From: an uncultured Planctomycetia bacterium
GTDB lineage: Bacteria; Omnitrophota; Gorgyraeia; 2-01-FULL-45-10
Length of the DNA stretch: 64,000 bases
Direction of reading: 5' to 3'
NCBI GenBank assembly: GCA_964433975.1
Contig: CAYSSS010000001.1
Location: 78,257 to 142,256, forward strand
The notes below the pieces were generated by a model. The model worked only from the letters and a program-made list of their open reading frames with translations, was not told where the DNA came from and searched no databases. This document shows, in pieces, positions 38,076-47,971 of the stretch; position 1 is the first letter of the stretch, and each line of letters starts with the position of its first letter. The position numbers and the translations under genes are program-made.

Positions 38076-39553
38076 CGCATAAGAAAAGGATAATAAAAGA
38101 CAGCTTCAATCTCACCTCTGCGCGATATGCGTCGCAGTTCATAGGTTTTTTTACTTCGATAGCCATGAAGAGATTCCTCGGCCCGTTTTATACGGGAATC
38201 TGGAGCCTGTTAAATATAATATCGGATAACGCCTCTTACTTATTATTGGGTATTGGCGAAGGAGTGTGCTACAAGATTCCGTTTTTGTTGGGAGAAAAAA
38301 AAGAACAGGAGGCGGAAGAGGTAAAGGACGTAGCTTTTAATTTTGTATTCGCGGTGTCATGCCTGACAAGCCTCGCGGTGCTGGTTGCGGCCGTAATATT
38401 ACGCCACAGATATCCTGTCGAAGTCATCGTGGGTCTTTGCGCCGTTTCCCTTTATATGCTGGTAGACAGGATATGCGGTTATTACATGACGCTTTTAAGG
38501 GCCAGGAAGAATTTTTCAGTATTAAGCCTTTCCATTATATTCGACGCCGTGGTCAATCTCTGCCTTGTCATATTGCTGGTAAAGAATTTCAGGATATACG
38601 GCCTCTACGCCGCACTGATAATACTGACCGTACTCAATGTAATCTTCGTGCACCTTTTTGTGCGCTACAGGCTTTGTTTTAATTTCAAGTTTAAAGGCGC
38701 CGGCGGCCTAATCAAGATCGGTTTTCCGTTGTCCTTTTTGGGTTTCCTGCAGGGTGTGGCGCCAATCCTGGATACGATAATGATAACAAAGATGATAGGC
38801 GTGACTTTCGTGGGGTATTACAGCGTATCGGTCATGACAAAAAATTATATATCCCAGCTCTCAAGCTTCGGCACCGTGTTATATCCCTGGCTACTGGAGA
38901 CTTTTGGCAGAAATCAGAGTATTGAAGACATAAAGAAGTACGCTATTATACCTCCGAAGGTCAATGCGTACCTGCTCCCGTTGTTATTGGGCTGGATATT
39001 CTTTATCGTGCCCGTTTTGATAAAGGCGGTGTTGCCTAAGTTCATACCCGGAATCCTTGCGATACAGATCCTTCTGATCGACATGTTTTTCCGCTCATGC
39101 TACCCCCAGGCCATGCATTTTCTTATTGCGTTAAAGAAGCAGACGAAGATGATGACGATCATGATACTGTCGATCATTTTGACGGCATTATTAAATTATG
39201 CGCTGATAAAGGCGGGGTACGGGATATACGGCGTAGCTTGCGCTGCGTCGGCGGTCTCTTTTATCATGTTCTTTTTAATGCAGACATATGCGATGCGCCA
39301 TTTTGCCGGCGGGAGGGAAATCGCCTTGTTTTTCTTAGAAGTAATAGCGCCTTTTTTATATACCACCCTGTTCGTATTGTTGATAGAGAATTTTATAAGG
39401 CTTCCCAATATGTATGTCAATGCCGCGGTTAAATGCTTCACTCTGTTTATCTTCTCAATACCGCTGCTTATATATATTGATAGCCGGACACAAGTTGTGC
39501 GCCTCGTGCTTGATATGGTAAAAGGCGCCATTTTGCGAAAGGCCGATCGATGA
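38072..39553 (+). CDS. Wzx/MOP-family oligosaccharide flippase
   Basis: About 12-14 TM helices, R.LGP...G, G...VGYYS, YG.YG.A.A. Confidence 0.85.
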   Translation: MTHKKRIIKDSFNLTSARYASQFIGFFTSIAMKRFLGPFYTGIWSLLNIISDNASYLLLGIGEGVCYKIPFLLGEKKEQEAEEVKDVAFNFVFAVSCLTSLAVLVAAVILRHRYPVEVIVGLCAVSLYMLVDRICGYYMTLLRARKNFSVLSLSIIFDAVVNLCLVILLVKNFRIYGLYAALIILTVLNVIFVHLFVRYRLCFNFKFKGAGGLIKIGFPLSFLGFLQGVAPILDTIMITKMIGVTFVGYYSVSVMTKNYISQLSSFGTVLYPWLLETFGRNQSIEDIKKYAIIPPKVNAYLLPLLLGWIFFIVPVLIKAVLPKFIPGILAIQILLIDMFFRSCYPQAMHFLIALKKQTKMMTIMILSIILTALLNYALIKAGYGIYGVACAASAVSFIMFFLMQTYAMRHFAGGREIALFFLEVIAPFLYTTLFVLLIENFIRLPNMYVNAAVKCFTLFIFSIPLLIYIDSRTQVVRLVLDMVKGAILRKADR

Positions 39554-40836
39554 AAGATGCGCCGCGATATGATGTGATTTTTTGGGGCCATATAAGCAAT
39601 GGAATCGAGAGGTGTCTCCCCTTGATGGTTAGTTTAAAAGAGAAGGGCCTGAAGCCGCTTTTGTTTTATCAAAATTATAATTTTAGAGACGGGCTCTCCG
39701 GGTTGCAGATCAGGATCGTCCAGGCATACGGCCTTGATGTCATGGATTATTCCCATTTCCTTAAACGCGACCTACTATTAAGAATCATAACTTTTTTTGT
39801 TAATATGTTCAAGCACACGGCCAGATGCATGTTTTTTTATAACAAGTTCATAGGGCTCCGCTCAAAATTACTGCAATTGCGTATTAATGAGGGTTTTATA
39901 GGGCGGATGCTCGGCGAATTAAGGCCGAGGATCGGTTTTTTTGATAATATTTCATTGATAGAATACTGCGCGTATCCTTATGGCAGCTACTATATAAAAA
40001 AAGTATCGGATAAAATGGGTATTAAGAGTTTTGATATCTTTAACGGCATGCCCAATCATCCGCTTAAACTTGAGAGAAAGTACATAGATTTTGACAGGTA
40101 TTATGTCCCGCATGAATATGAGAGGCAAAAATACTATGCCGAGCACATCGAAAGAGACGCACCTATACTTGTATTTGGAGATCCGCGTTTTGACACAAAC
40201 TGGAAGGAAAATATCAAAAGAATTTTCTCGGAAGATATCAGGGCCGGAATAAAACGGCTCGGCATCGGGTCCAAGAGAAAAATATTGTATATATGCCCGA
40301 ACCTTGAATGCATCGGGGGTGATTCCGAAAAATACAGGAATATCGCGGATGTTGCAAGGGCGGCGAAAGCATTAGGCAATACGGCGCTGCTTATCAAGCC
40401 CCACCCCAGATACCGCTATGAAGAGAAGATAAGGCTTGTTATGAAGAAGAATAGTTTTAAAGATTTCTTTATTTTAGAAGATGACCCGCTGATATGTTAT
40501 TTGGAGCACGTGGATTTTATAGTATCGTTGGCAACGGCCGCGTTCTTTGACCTTCTGCCGGAAGGCCATAAAAAGATAGTCATATATGACAGAGGCGATT
40601 TTTGCCAATCCACGACTCTTATAAATATATTCAAGGAGGGTTTTAATTATTTTACTGGATATGACGACTTCCTGGCTTTTTTGAACGGAAAGAACGCGGC
40701 AGGAAGCGCGCATCCGGATATTGAGGGATTCTGCAGACAATGGATAGCCGGCGGAAACGGGCTTGATACCGTGGTGGAAAACATGTCAAGCGATATTTTG
40801 AACGAGTTCGATAAATTGAGAAAGGGGCAAATATGA
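39550..40836 (+). CDS. Putative GT-B transferase, possibly for a CMP-ulosonate
   Basis: GDPRFD..W and IKPHPR motifs; lies between wzx and the HpcH/KdsB block. Confidence 0.45.
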   Translation: MKDAPRYDVIFWGHISNGIERCLPLMVSLKEKGLKPLLFYQNYNFRDGLSGLQIRIVQAYGLDVMDYSHFLKRDLLLRIITFFVNMFKHTARCMFFYNKFIGLRSKLLQLRINEGFIGRMLGELRPRIGFFDNISLIEYCAYPYGSYYIKKVSDKMGIKSFDIFNGMPNHPLKLERKYIDFDRYYVPHEYERQKYYAEHIERDAPILVFGDPRFDTNWKENIKRIFSEDIRAGIKRLGIGSKRKILYICPNLECIGGDSEKYRNIADVARAAKALGNTALLIKPHPRYRYEEKIRLVMKKNSFKDFFILEDDPLICYLEHVDFIVSLATAAFFDLLPEGHKKIVIYDRGDFCQSTTLINIFKEGFNYFTGYDDFLAFLNGKNAAGSAHPDIEGFCRQWIAGGNGLDTVVENMSSDILNEFDKLRKGQI

Positions 40837-41594
40837 ATTTAAAAAAGAAGCTTGCGGAAGGCAGCATGACGATTGGATCATGGATTACCCTGGGCGACTA
40901 TGCTGCGACGGAGATCATGGCAAAGGCCGGTTTCGACTGGCTTGTTATAGATATGGAGCACAGCGCTATAGAGCTGGAGCGGGCGCAGAATCTCATCAGG
41001 ATAATAGAGTTAAGCGGATGCGTGCCACTGGTCCGGGTTTCTGAAAACAACGCCAACATTATTAAGAGGGTTATGGATGCGGGTTCGCACGGAGTGATTG
41101 TACCTATGGTTAACAACAGAGAGGATGCGTTACGCGCGGTAAGCGCGGTAAAATATCCGCCCAGGGGGACGAGAGGCGTAGGGCTCGGCCGCGCCCAGAA
41201 TTACGGCCTGGACTTCGAAAAATATAACAGGTGGCAGGAGAAGAGCTCCGTAGTCATCGTCCAAATAGAGCATATAGATGCTGTAAATAATCTGGAGGAG
41301 ATACTCGAAGTAGAAGGTGTCGACGGTTTCATGATCGGCCCGTACGATCTGTCCGCTTCTTTAGGGAGGCCGGGCGGGTTTGGCCACACGGACTTTAAAA
41401 AGGCGCTTGCCAAGGTCACTGCCGTTTCCAGGCGCATCGACAAAGCCCGCGGCATTCATGTTGTCCAGCCCGACAGTATTGAGGTTGATAGAAGGATAAA
41501 GGAAGGATATAATTTCATCGTATTCAGCTTTGACGCGCTTTTTTTGGGCAGCTGCTGCGCAGACAAGCTTTCAAGGGTAAGGAGAAGAAAATAA
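40833..41594 (+). CDS. HpcH/HpaI class II pyruvate aldolase
   Basis: GFDWLVIDMEH, PLVRV, DAG..GVIVPMV, YPP.G.RG.G, QIEH, IGPYDLSASLG. Confidence 0.92.
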   Translation: MNLKKKLAEGSMTIGSWITLGDYAATEIMAKAGFDWLVIDMEHSAIELERAQNLIRIIELSGCVPLVRVSENNANIIKRVMDAGSHGVIVPMVNNREDALRAVSAVKYPPRGTRGVGLGRAQNYGLDFEKYNRWQEKSSVVIVQIEHIDAVNNLEEILEVEGVDGFMIGPYDLSASLGRPGGFGHTDFKKALAKVTAVSRRIDKARGIHVVQPDSIEVDRRIKEGYNFIVFSFDALFLGSCCADKLSRVRRRK

Positions 41595-43090
41595 TGAAGG
41601 GTAGCGACTTTAAGGTATTGTTTATATATCCCAATGCAATGATGGCAACGCTCGTGCCGCTCAGCATATCATCGCTTTACGCGAGTCTTAAATCGAAAGG
41701 TTTCAATACGGATATATTTGATACCACGTATTACAAGACCGAAGATATAAGCTTTGAGCAGAGGAAGGTGGACCTTCTGATGGTAAAGCCGTTCAGTTTT
41801 AATGACCAGGGTATCAAAATAAAGGAAAATGATATCTATAAGGACCTCGCCAAGAAGGTCTCCGAGTATAGGCCTGATCTTATAGCTATTACGATAGTAC
41901 AGGACATGCAGGAGCTTTCCCAGTCGTTATTGGAAAGCATAAAGGATTTTGATATACCGGTTGTGGCCGGAGGGGTATTTGTGAGCCTTTCGCCGGAAGA
42001 GGTTATCGCTGATGAGAACATAGATATTATATGTATCGGAGAAGGCGAGGAGCCTTTGACGGAGCTTTGCAAAAAGATGTCAAAGGGCGAGGACTATTCC
42101 GGGATAAAGAACCTGTGGGTTAAGCAGCAAGGCAGGCTTATAAAGAATAGCTTAAGGCCCCTCATGGATATAAACAAGCTACCATTCATAGATTATGATA
42201 TATTCGACAAGGATCGCCTTTACAGGCCGATGTTCGGCAAGGTCTACACCATGATACACGTGGAACTGGACCGGGGATGCCCATACACGTGCACCTTTTG
42301 CTGCGCTCCGGCCCTGAAAGAGGTGTACCGCAGAAATAATTGCGGACAGTATTACCGACGCAAGTCCGTTGACCGGATAATGGCTGAGATGAGGCACCTT
42401 GTAAAAAAATACAAGCCCGATTATGTAAATTTCAATTCCGAGACGTTCCTGGCGAAGCCTATGTCGGAGCTTAGGGAGTTCGCCAAAAGATATAAGAAGA
42501 TAGCTGTGCCTTTCTGGTGCCAGACGCGACCTGAAACCGTGACCGAAGAGAAGATAAAATTATTAAAAGAGATGAACTGTAATAGCTTGCAATTCGGCAT
42601 AGAGGTAGGCAACGAAGAATTCAGGAACAGGGTCCTCAACCGCAAAGACACCAACAAGCAGATGCTGAAGGCCTTCAAGCTGGTAGAGAAGTATAAAATA
42701 CCATATACCGCGAACAATATAATAGGGTTCCCGGACGAGACGAGAGACCTGATCTTTGAGACGATAGAATTTAATCGTAAGATTAATCCGCGCACGATGA
42801 ACTGTAATATAATGGCGCCGTATAAAGGCACCACGATATACAAATGTTGCATGGACAAAGGATACCTTGACAAGGACAGCAAGGTGCACCAGGTAATAGA
42901 CGGGGCGGAGCTAAATATGGATTCCATAAGTTATAAGGAATTAAAGGGGCTTCAGAGAACGTTCGCGTTATACGCAAGATCCCCTAAAACAGAATGGCCG
43001 AAGATCAAGATAGCAGAAAATTTTGACGAGGAGGGCAATCGCATGTTCGAGGAATTAAAACAGGCATATCAGAAGAAATACTTTTCATGA
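41594..43090 (+). CDS. B12-binding radical SAM protein
   Basis: FDTTYY, GEGEE, RGCPYTCTFC, QTRPE, FGIEVG, IGFPDET. Confidence 0.9.
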   Translation: MKGSDFKVLFIYPNAMMATLVPLSISSLYASLKSKGFNTDIFDTTYYKTEDISFEQRKVDLLMVKPFSFNDQGIKIKENDIYKDLAKKVSEYRPDLIAITIVQDMQELSQSLLESIKDFDIPVVAGGVFVSLSPEEVIADENIDIICIGEGEEPLTELCKKMSKGEDYSGIKNLWVKQQGRLIKNSLRPLMDINKLPFIDYDIFDKDRLYRPMFGKVYTMIHVELDRGCPYTCTFCCAPALKEVYRRNNCGQYYRRKSVDRIMAEMRHLVKKYKPDYVNFNSETFLAKPMSELREFAKRYKKIAVPFWCQTRPETVTEEKIKLLKEMNCNSLQFGIEVGNEEFRNRVLNRKDTNKQMLKAFKLVEKYKIPYTANNIIGFPDETRDLIFETIEFNRKINPRTMNCNIMAPYKGTTIYKCCMDKGYLDKDSKVHQVIDGAELNMDSISYKELKGLQRTFALYARSPKTEWPKIKIAENFDEEGNRMFEELKQAYQKKYFS

Positions 43091-43824
43091 CCATGAAATT
43101 CAACGCAGAATCTTTAAAAAACAGGCTTAAATCTTATTTGTCGGACGTGATAAAAAAGATAAGGATAATCCACAGGCTGGATTATGATAAATATCCCATA
43201 TATCTGCATGACAATATAAGGTTGGGCGCCTGCGGGAAAGAACCGGATACGGTAAAATGGATAGAAAGTTTTGATAAAAGCGATACAGCCTTTGACATAG
43301 GCGCCAACATAGGCGCGTATTCGTTGATAATGGGGAAATATGCGAAGATGGTTTTTGCCTTTGAGCCATCAGTATTTACATTCAGTACTCTGGTTAAAAA
43401 CATATATACAAATACAGCTTCGAATGTCATGCCGGTCAACATGGCGTTATCGGAACGTAAAAAAATAGGGGAATTTGCTTATTCATCAATTGATTTAGGA
43501 AGTTCCGTGCATGGTTTAGACGTGAAATTAGAAAAAGAGGCGCATAGACAAAAAATCTTATCCTATAGCATAGACGATTTTATTACCGATTTTGGCATAG
43601 AGAGCCCAAATCATATTAAACTTGATGTCGATGGCAATGAATTTGACATATTAAAAGGCGCGGCCAAAACCATCTCAACCAAGGCCTTTAAGTCTTTAAT
43701 GGTAGAAGCGGATGACAAGAGAAAAGATATGTTCGATTTTCTAGAGTCGCTAGGTCTTAAGCAGAAAGCCAAATATCATATCGGCGACGCGGGCATGTAT
43801 AACTGTCTTTTTGTAAGGGGATGA
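43087..43824 (+). CDS. FkbM-family SAM methyltransferase
   Basis: KEPDT..WI, FDIGANIGAYS, FEPS, PNHIKLDVDGNE. Confidence 0.9.
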   Translation: MTMKFNAESLKNRLKSYLSDVIKKIRIIHRLDYDKYPIYLHDNIRLGACGKEPDTVKWIESFDKSDTAFDIGANIGAYSLIMGKYAKMVFAFEPSVFTFSTLVKNIYTNTASNVMPVNMALSERKKIGEFAYSSIDLGSSVHGLDVKLEKEAHRQKILSYSIDDFITDFGIESPNHIKLDVDGNEFDILKGAAKTISTKAFKSLMVEADDKRKDMFDFLESLGLKQKAKYHIGDAGMYNCLFVRG

Positions 43825-43828
43825 CATT

Positions 43829-44596
43829 ATGAGGATCATAGGTATTGTACCTGCAAGGATGGCATCGACGAGATTTCCGGGCAAACCGCTTGCCAAAATA
43901 CTCGGCAAGCCCATGATAGAGCATGTCTATTCGAGGAGCATGCTTTGCAAAAAATTGAACTTTGTTTACATAGCTACTCCGGATAAAGAAATACAAGACT
44001 ACTGCAAAAATAACAATATGAATGTTGTAATGACTCGCGATACCCACGAGAGGGCATCGGACAGGGCTGCCGAGGCAGTGCTCAAGATAGAAAAAAAAAG
44101 CGGAAAAAAAATAGAAATAGTCGTCATGATACAGGGCGACGAGCCGATGCTGCAGTATGAGATGATAGATAGGGTTATAAGGCCCATGATAAGCGATAGA
44201 AGTATCAACGCGGTTAATCTGACGGCGCCGCTGAAATCTAAACAGGAGCAGAACGACCCCAACCAGGTCAAAGTAGTCGTGGATAAAAAAGGTTTCGCGC
44301 TCTATTTTTCAAGAGAGCCGATCCCATCGCGGAAGAAGGGCGCCAAGGATGTGCCGATGCAAAGACAGATAGGCCTTATTGCTTTCAGAAGAGATTTTCT
44401 TATAAAGTTCAATGAACTTGCCCCAACACCGCTCGAAAAGATAGAATCAGTTGATATGCTCAGGATATTGGAGCACGGGTACAGGCTCAAGATGGTACCC
44501 GGCGCGTTTAATGCCTATGGCGTGGACACACCGCAAGACTTAAAAAAAGTGGAGCGATTGATGAAAGCTGAGGTGAGAAGCAATGCGCAAAAATAA
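43829..44596 (+). CDS. kdsB: CMP-Kdo synthetase-like cytidylyltransferase
   Basis: PARMASTRFPGKPL, QGDEP, DPN.VKVV, YFSREPIP, E..E..DMLR.LE.G, VDT..DL. Confidence 0.88.
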   Translation: MRIIGIVPARMASTRFPGKPLAKILGKPMIEHVYSRSMLCKKLNFVYIATPDKEIQDYCKNNNMNVVMTRDTHERASDRAAEAVLKIEKKSGKKIEIVVMIQGDEPMLQYEMIDRVIRPMISDRSINAVNLTAPLKSKQEQNDPNQVKVVVDKKGFALYFSREPIPSRKKGAKDVPMQRQIGLIAFRRDFLIKFNELAPTPLEKIESVDMLRILEHGYRLKMVPGAFNAYGVDTPQDLKKVERLMKAEVRSNAQK

Positions 44597-45635
44597 GATC
44601 TTACGTGTAGGTATAGCGGGATATGGAGTAGTGGGCCAGCGCCGCAGGCAATTTATCGATGCGCACCCAAATTTGCGCACGCAGGCTGTTTGTGACCAAA
44701 AGTTCGGCAAGTCGTATGTTATGCCGGACGGCGTTAAATGCTTCAACAATTACAAGGAACTGCTGGAGGAAGAGCTTGACGTGCTGTTTGTATCCCTGCC
44801 CAATTATTTAGCCGCTGATGTGACCATTGCCGGATTAGAAAAAGGATTGAATGTATTCTGCGAAAAACCTCCGGGCCGGGACGTGGCCGATATAGAGAGA
44901 GTGATAAAAGTTGAAAAGAAGCACCCTCGCCAGGTGTTAAAATACGGGTTTAATCACCGTTATCACTATTCCGTACGTGATGCTTTAAAGATGGCAAGAT
45001 CCGGAGAACTTGGGGAGATCGTTAATCTGCGCGGGGTATACGGCAAAAGCAAGATTCATCATTTTTCCGGCCCCGGAGCCTGGCGCGCGGAGAGAAAATA
45101 CGCGGGCGGAGGCATATTACTTGATCAGGGCATTCATATGGTGGATCTGATGCGGCTATTTTGCGGAGATTTCAAGGAAGTTAAAAGCTTTATATCGAAT
45201 AAACACTGGAACCATGATGTAGAGGATAATGCATATTCTATCATGTGTGATGATAAGGGCCGCATAGCCATGCTGCATTCAAGCGCGACGCAATGGCAGC
45301 ACAAGTTTAATCTGCACATAGCGCTTACTCAAGGTTATCTTGAGCTGCGCGGCATACTTTCAGGTTCTAAAAGTTACGGCGAGGAGAAGCTTGCCATAGG
45401 CAGGCGAATAGATGAGTCAGATGTGGGTAGCTTGCACGAAGAGGTTGTATCTTATTTTGAAGATGACTCTTGGCGTGATGAAATTAATGAGTTCGTGGAT
45501 ATTATAATTAACGGAGGCAGGATAAAGCACGGCGGAAGCGCCGATGCTCTTGAGACCATGAAGCTGGTCTACCGCATATATTACGCCGATCAGAAATGGC
45601 GCAAGAGCTATAATATTGTTGATCCTGATAAATAA
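44583..45635 (+). CDS. Gfo/Idh/MocA oxidoreductase
   Basis: GYGVVG, CEKPP, GFNHR, GGGILLDQGIH..D, VEDN. Confidence 0.9.
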   Translation: MRKNKILRVGIAGYGVVGQRRRQFIDAHPNLRTQAVCDQKFGKSYVMPDGVKCFNNYKELLEEELDVLFVSLPNYLAADVTIAGLEKGLNVFCEKPPGRDVADIERVIKVEKKHPRQVLKYGFNHRYHYSVRDALKMARSGELGEIVNLRGVYGKSKIHHFSGPGAWRAERKYAGGGILLDQGIHMVDLMRLFCGDFKEVKSFISNKHWNHDVEDNAYSIMCDDKGRIAMLHSSATQWQHKFNLHIALTQGYLELRGILSGSKSYGEEKLAIGRRIDESDVGSLHEEVVSYFEDDSWRDEINEFVDIIINGGRIKHGGSADALETMKLVYRIYYADQKWRKSYNIVDPDK

Positions 45636-45658
45636 GCAGCAAGAACACGAGGAGAATC

Positions 45659-46270
45659 ATGGAAAATATAGAAAAGATTTTTAAAAACTCAGCAGATATA
45701 CAACAATTTAGCAAAGGTTATTTCAGGTACCTCTGTGGATTGATGAACTGTATCGATACAAAACAGATTGAAAGTGTTGTCAGCGAATTTAGCAAGGCGC
45801 AAAAAAATCGGAATACGGTTTTTTTTATTGGAAACGGCGGTTCGGCATCTACCGCTTCACACATGGCCAATGATTTTGGATTAGGCACGCGAAAGGACGA
45901 GAAGCTGCCTTTTCGCGCCATATCTCTTACCGACAATGTCGCGTCTATGACCGCTATTGCTAATGATTGTAGTTACGACGATATTTTTATCAGACAGCTT
46001 AATCTCTATTTTAAGAAAGGTGATAAGCTGGTGGCTATCTCGGCAAGCGGCAATTCACTAAATGTGGTAAATGCCGCCAATTGGGTCAAGAAACGTGGCG
46101 GAAAGGTCATAGGCCTTGTCGGTTTTGACGGAGGAAAATTAAAAAAGATAAGCGACGTTTGCATACATGTAAAAACACCCAGAGGCGAATACGGCCCCGT
46201 TGAGGACATCCATATGATAATGGATCACCTTATATACACGTGGCTATGGTTTAAAAAACGAAAAGGATAA
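45659..46270 (+). CDS. SIS-domain phosphosugar isomerase (GmhA-like)
   Basis: GNGGSA..ASH..ND, TAIAND, ISASGNS.NV, GFDGG.L, VED.H. Confidence 0.85.
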   Translation: MENIEKIFKNSADIQQFSKGYFRYLCGLMNCIDTKQIESVVSEFSKAQKNRNTVFFIGNGGSASTASHMANDFGLGTRKDEKLPFRAISLTDNVASMTAIANDCSYDDIFIRQLNLYFKKGDKLVAISASGNSLNVVNAANWVKKRGGKVIGLVGFDGGKLKKISDVCIHVKTPRGEYGPVEDIHMIMDHLIYTWLWFKKRKG

Positions 46271-46277
46271 AGCCGGG

Positions 46278-47201
46278 ATGAAGTCTCTTTGCGGAGAAAA
46301 TATACTCATAAGCACCTCTTCATTTGCCGCTTCTGACAAAGGGCCGCTGGAGATGCTTAAAGAGGCGGGCTGTGAAGTGATAAACAACCCCTATAAACGA
46401 AAGCTTACAAAGCCCGAGTTAACCGAGTTATTATCGAATAGTGTAACGGGCCTGATAGCAGGATTAGAAATTTTAGACAAAGAGGTGCTGTCTAAGTCTA
46501 AATTAAAGATTATATCCAGATGCGGTTCCGGGTTGTCTAATGTAGATATTGAGGCCGCCAAGGAACTGGGGATCATTGTATGTTCGACTCCGGATGCTCC
46601 GGTGGATTCAGTTGCCGAGCTTACGCTGGCAGCCATGCTGAGCCTTTTAAGAGCGATGCCCGCCATGGACAGAGAGCTTCATGATGGCAGATGGACCAAG
46701 CGAACAGGTCTTTTACTGGAAGGTAAAACCGTGGCGATCATAGGCTTTGGGCGTATCGGTAAAAAGTTGAGTCAGCTATTAGCGCCTTTTAAGGTCAGGC
46801 TATTGGTAGTAGATCCGTCTATAAAGAGCGGAGATGTTAAAACGGTTACTGTATCGCTTGAAAAAGCATTGTCAGAAGCCGATATTATCAGCATACATTC
46901 CAGCGGTAATGCTTGCCTGATGGGCGAAAGCGAATTGCGGAAAATAAAAAAAGGCGCATTTATTCTTAACGCGGCACGTGGTGGAGCTATAAATGAAGAC
47001 GCCCTCGTAAAGGCGCTGGAAGAAAAACGCGTTGCCGGGGCATGGCTTGACGTATTTGAAGAAGAGCCGTATATGGGGCCGCTGACAAAATATCCTCAAG
47101 TCATACTTACACCGCACGCGGGTTCGTACACGGTTGAGTGCAGAAAGCAGATGGAGATGGAAGCGGTCAAAAACCTTATCGGGGCTTTAAGGAAATATTA
47201 A
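46278..47201 (+). CDS. D-2-hydroxyacid (phosphoglycerate-type) dehydrogenase
   Basis: SRCGSG..NVD, VAEL, GFGRIG, NAARG, LDVFEEEP, LTPH.GS. Confidence 0.9.
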   Translation: MKSLCGENILISTSSFAASDKGPLEMLKEAGCEVINNPYKRKLTKPELTELLSNSVTGLIAGLEILDKEVLSKSKLKIISRCGSGLSNVDIEAAKELGIIVCSTPDAPVDSVAELTLAAMLSLLRAMPAMDRELHDGRWTKRTGLLLEGKTVAIIGFGRIGKKLSQLLAPFKVRLLVVDPSIKSGDVKTVTVSLEKALSEADIISIHSSGNACLMGESELRKIKKGAFILNAARGGAINEDALVKALEEKRVAGAWLDVFEEEPYMGPLTKYPQVILTPHAGSYTVECRKQMEMEAVKNLIGALRKY

Positions 47202-47968
47202 TGGCCAGGGAAATGCGTGAGTTAGAGAAATTGTTATTTGTTGCTGAAAAAGCGGCATGCCGCGCCGGCGCGTTCTTATCCCGGACGAAAATAAAAGATA
47301 ATAAAATACTGACCGATCTTGGAAAAGACGTAAAGATTTCCGCTGATCTACATTCGGAAAAGATCATCATAAATATGTTAAGAGCTAAATCTGAATTTGA
47401 TATTCTTACGGAGGAGAGCGGGTTTCTGCCGGGAGCTTCCGGAAAGCATTTACTTTGGATCGTTGACCCGATTGACGGAACGATGAATTTTTTACGCGGG
47501 ATCCCGATAAACTGCGTTTCTATAGGGCTATGGAGAGGCAATGAGCCTTTGCTCGGGGTAATTTATGACTTCAATAAAAATGAACTTTTTTCCGGCATAG
47601 CCCGTAAAATCGCGTACTTGAACAAAAAACGTATAAAAGTGAGCGCTCTTTCCAAAGAAGCCAGCGCCGTACTTTGCACGGGTTTTCCGGTAAATACAGA
47701 TTTTTCATCGAGAGGGCTATTAAGATTTACAAAGCAAATCCAAAACTATAAAAAGGTCCGGCTGATCGGGTCCGCTGCTTTGTCGCTCGCCTATGTTGCG
47801 GCGGGTAGAGCTGATGTTTATCGTGAAAACAATATAATGCTCTGGGATGTTGCCGCCGGCGCAGCAATTATTACCGGGGCCGGCGGAAATGTTCAGATGC
47901 TGCCTTTGGCAAAAGAAAATGCTTTTTCGGTATACGCTTCTAATAGGCGGTTATTCAGGCAGAGGTAA
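47201..47968 (+). CDS. Inositol monophosphatase family phosphatase
   Basis: TEES, WIVDPIDGTMNF, R..GSAAL.LAYVA.G..D, WDVAAG. Confidence 0.92.
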   Translation: MAREMRELEKLLFVAEKAACRAGAFLSRTKIKDNKILTDLGKDVKISADLHSEKIIINMLRAKSEFDILTEESGFLPGASGKHLLWIVDPIDGTMNFLRGIPINCVSIGLWRGNEPLLGVIYDFNKNELFSGIARKIAYLNKKRIKVSALSKEASAVLCTGFPVNTDFSSRGLLRFTKQIQNYKKVRLIGSAALSLAYVAAGRADVYRENNIMLWDVAAGAAIITGAGGNVQMLPLAKENAFSVYASNRRLFRQR

Positions 47969-47971
47969 AGA

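Noticed and set aside
44091-44111. A9 and A8 runs in kdsB (also T8 at 2621-2628 and other short runs) as phase-variation sites
   Set aside because: The frames are intact and such runs are common in Lys/Phe codons of AT-rich DNA; no evidence without reads.
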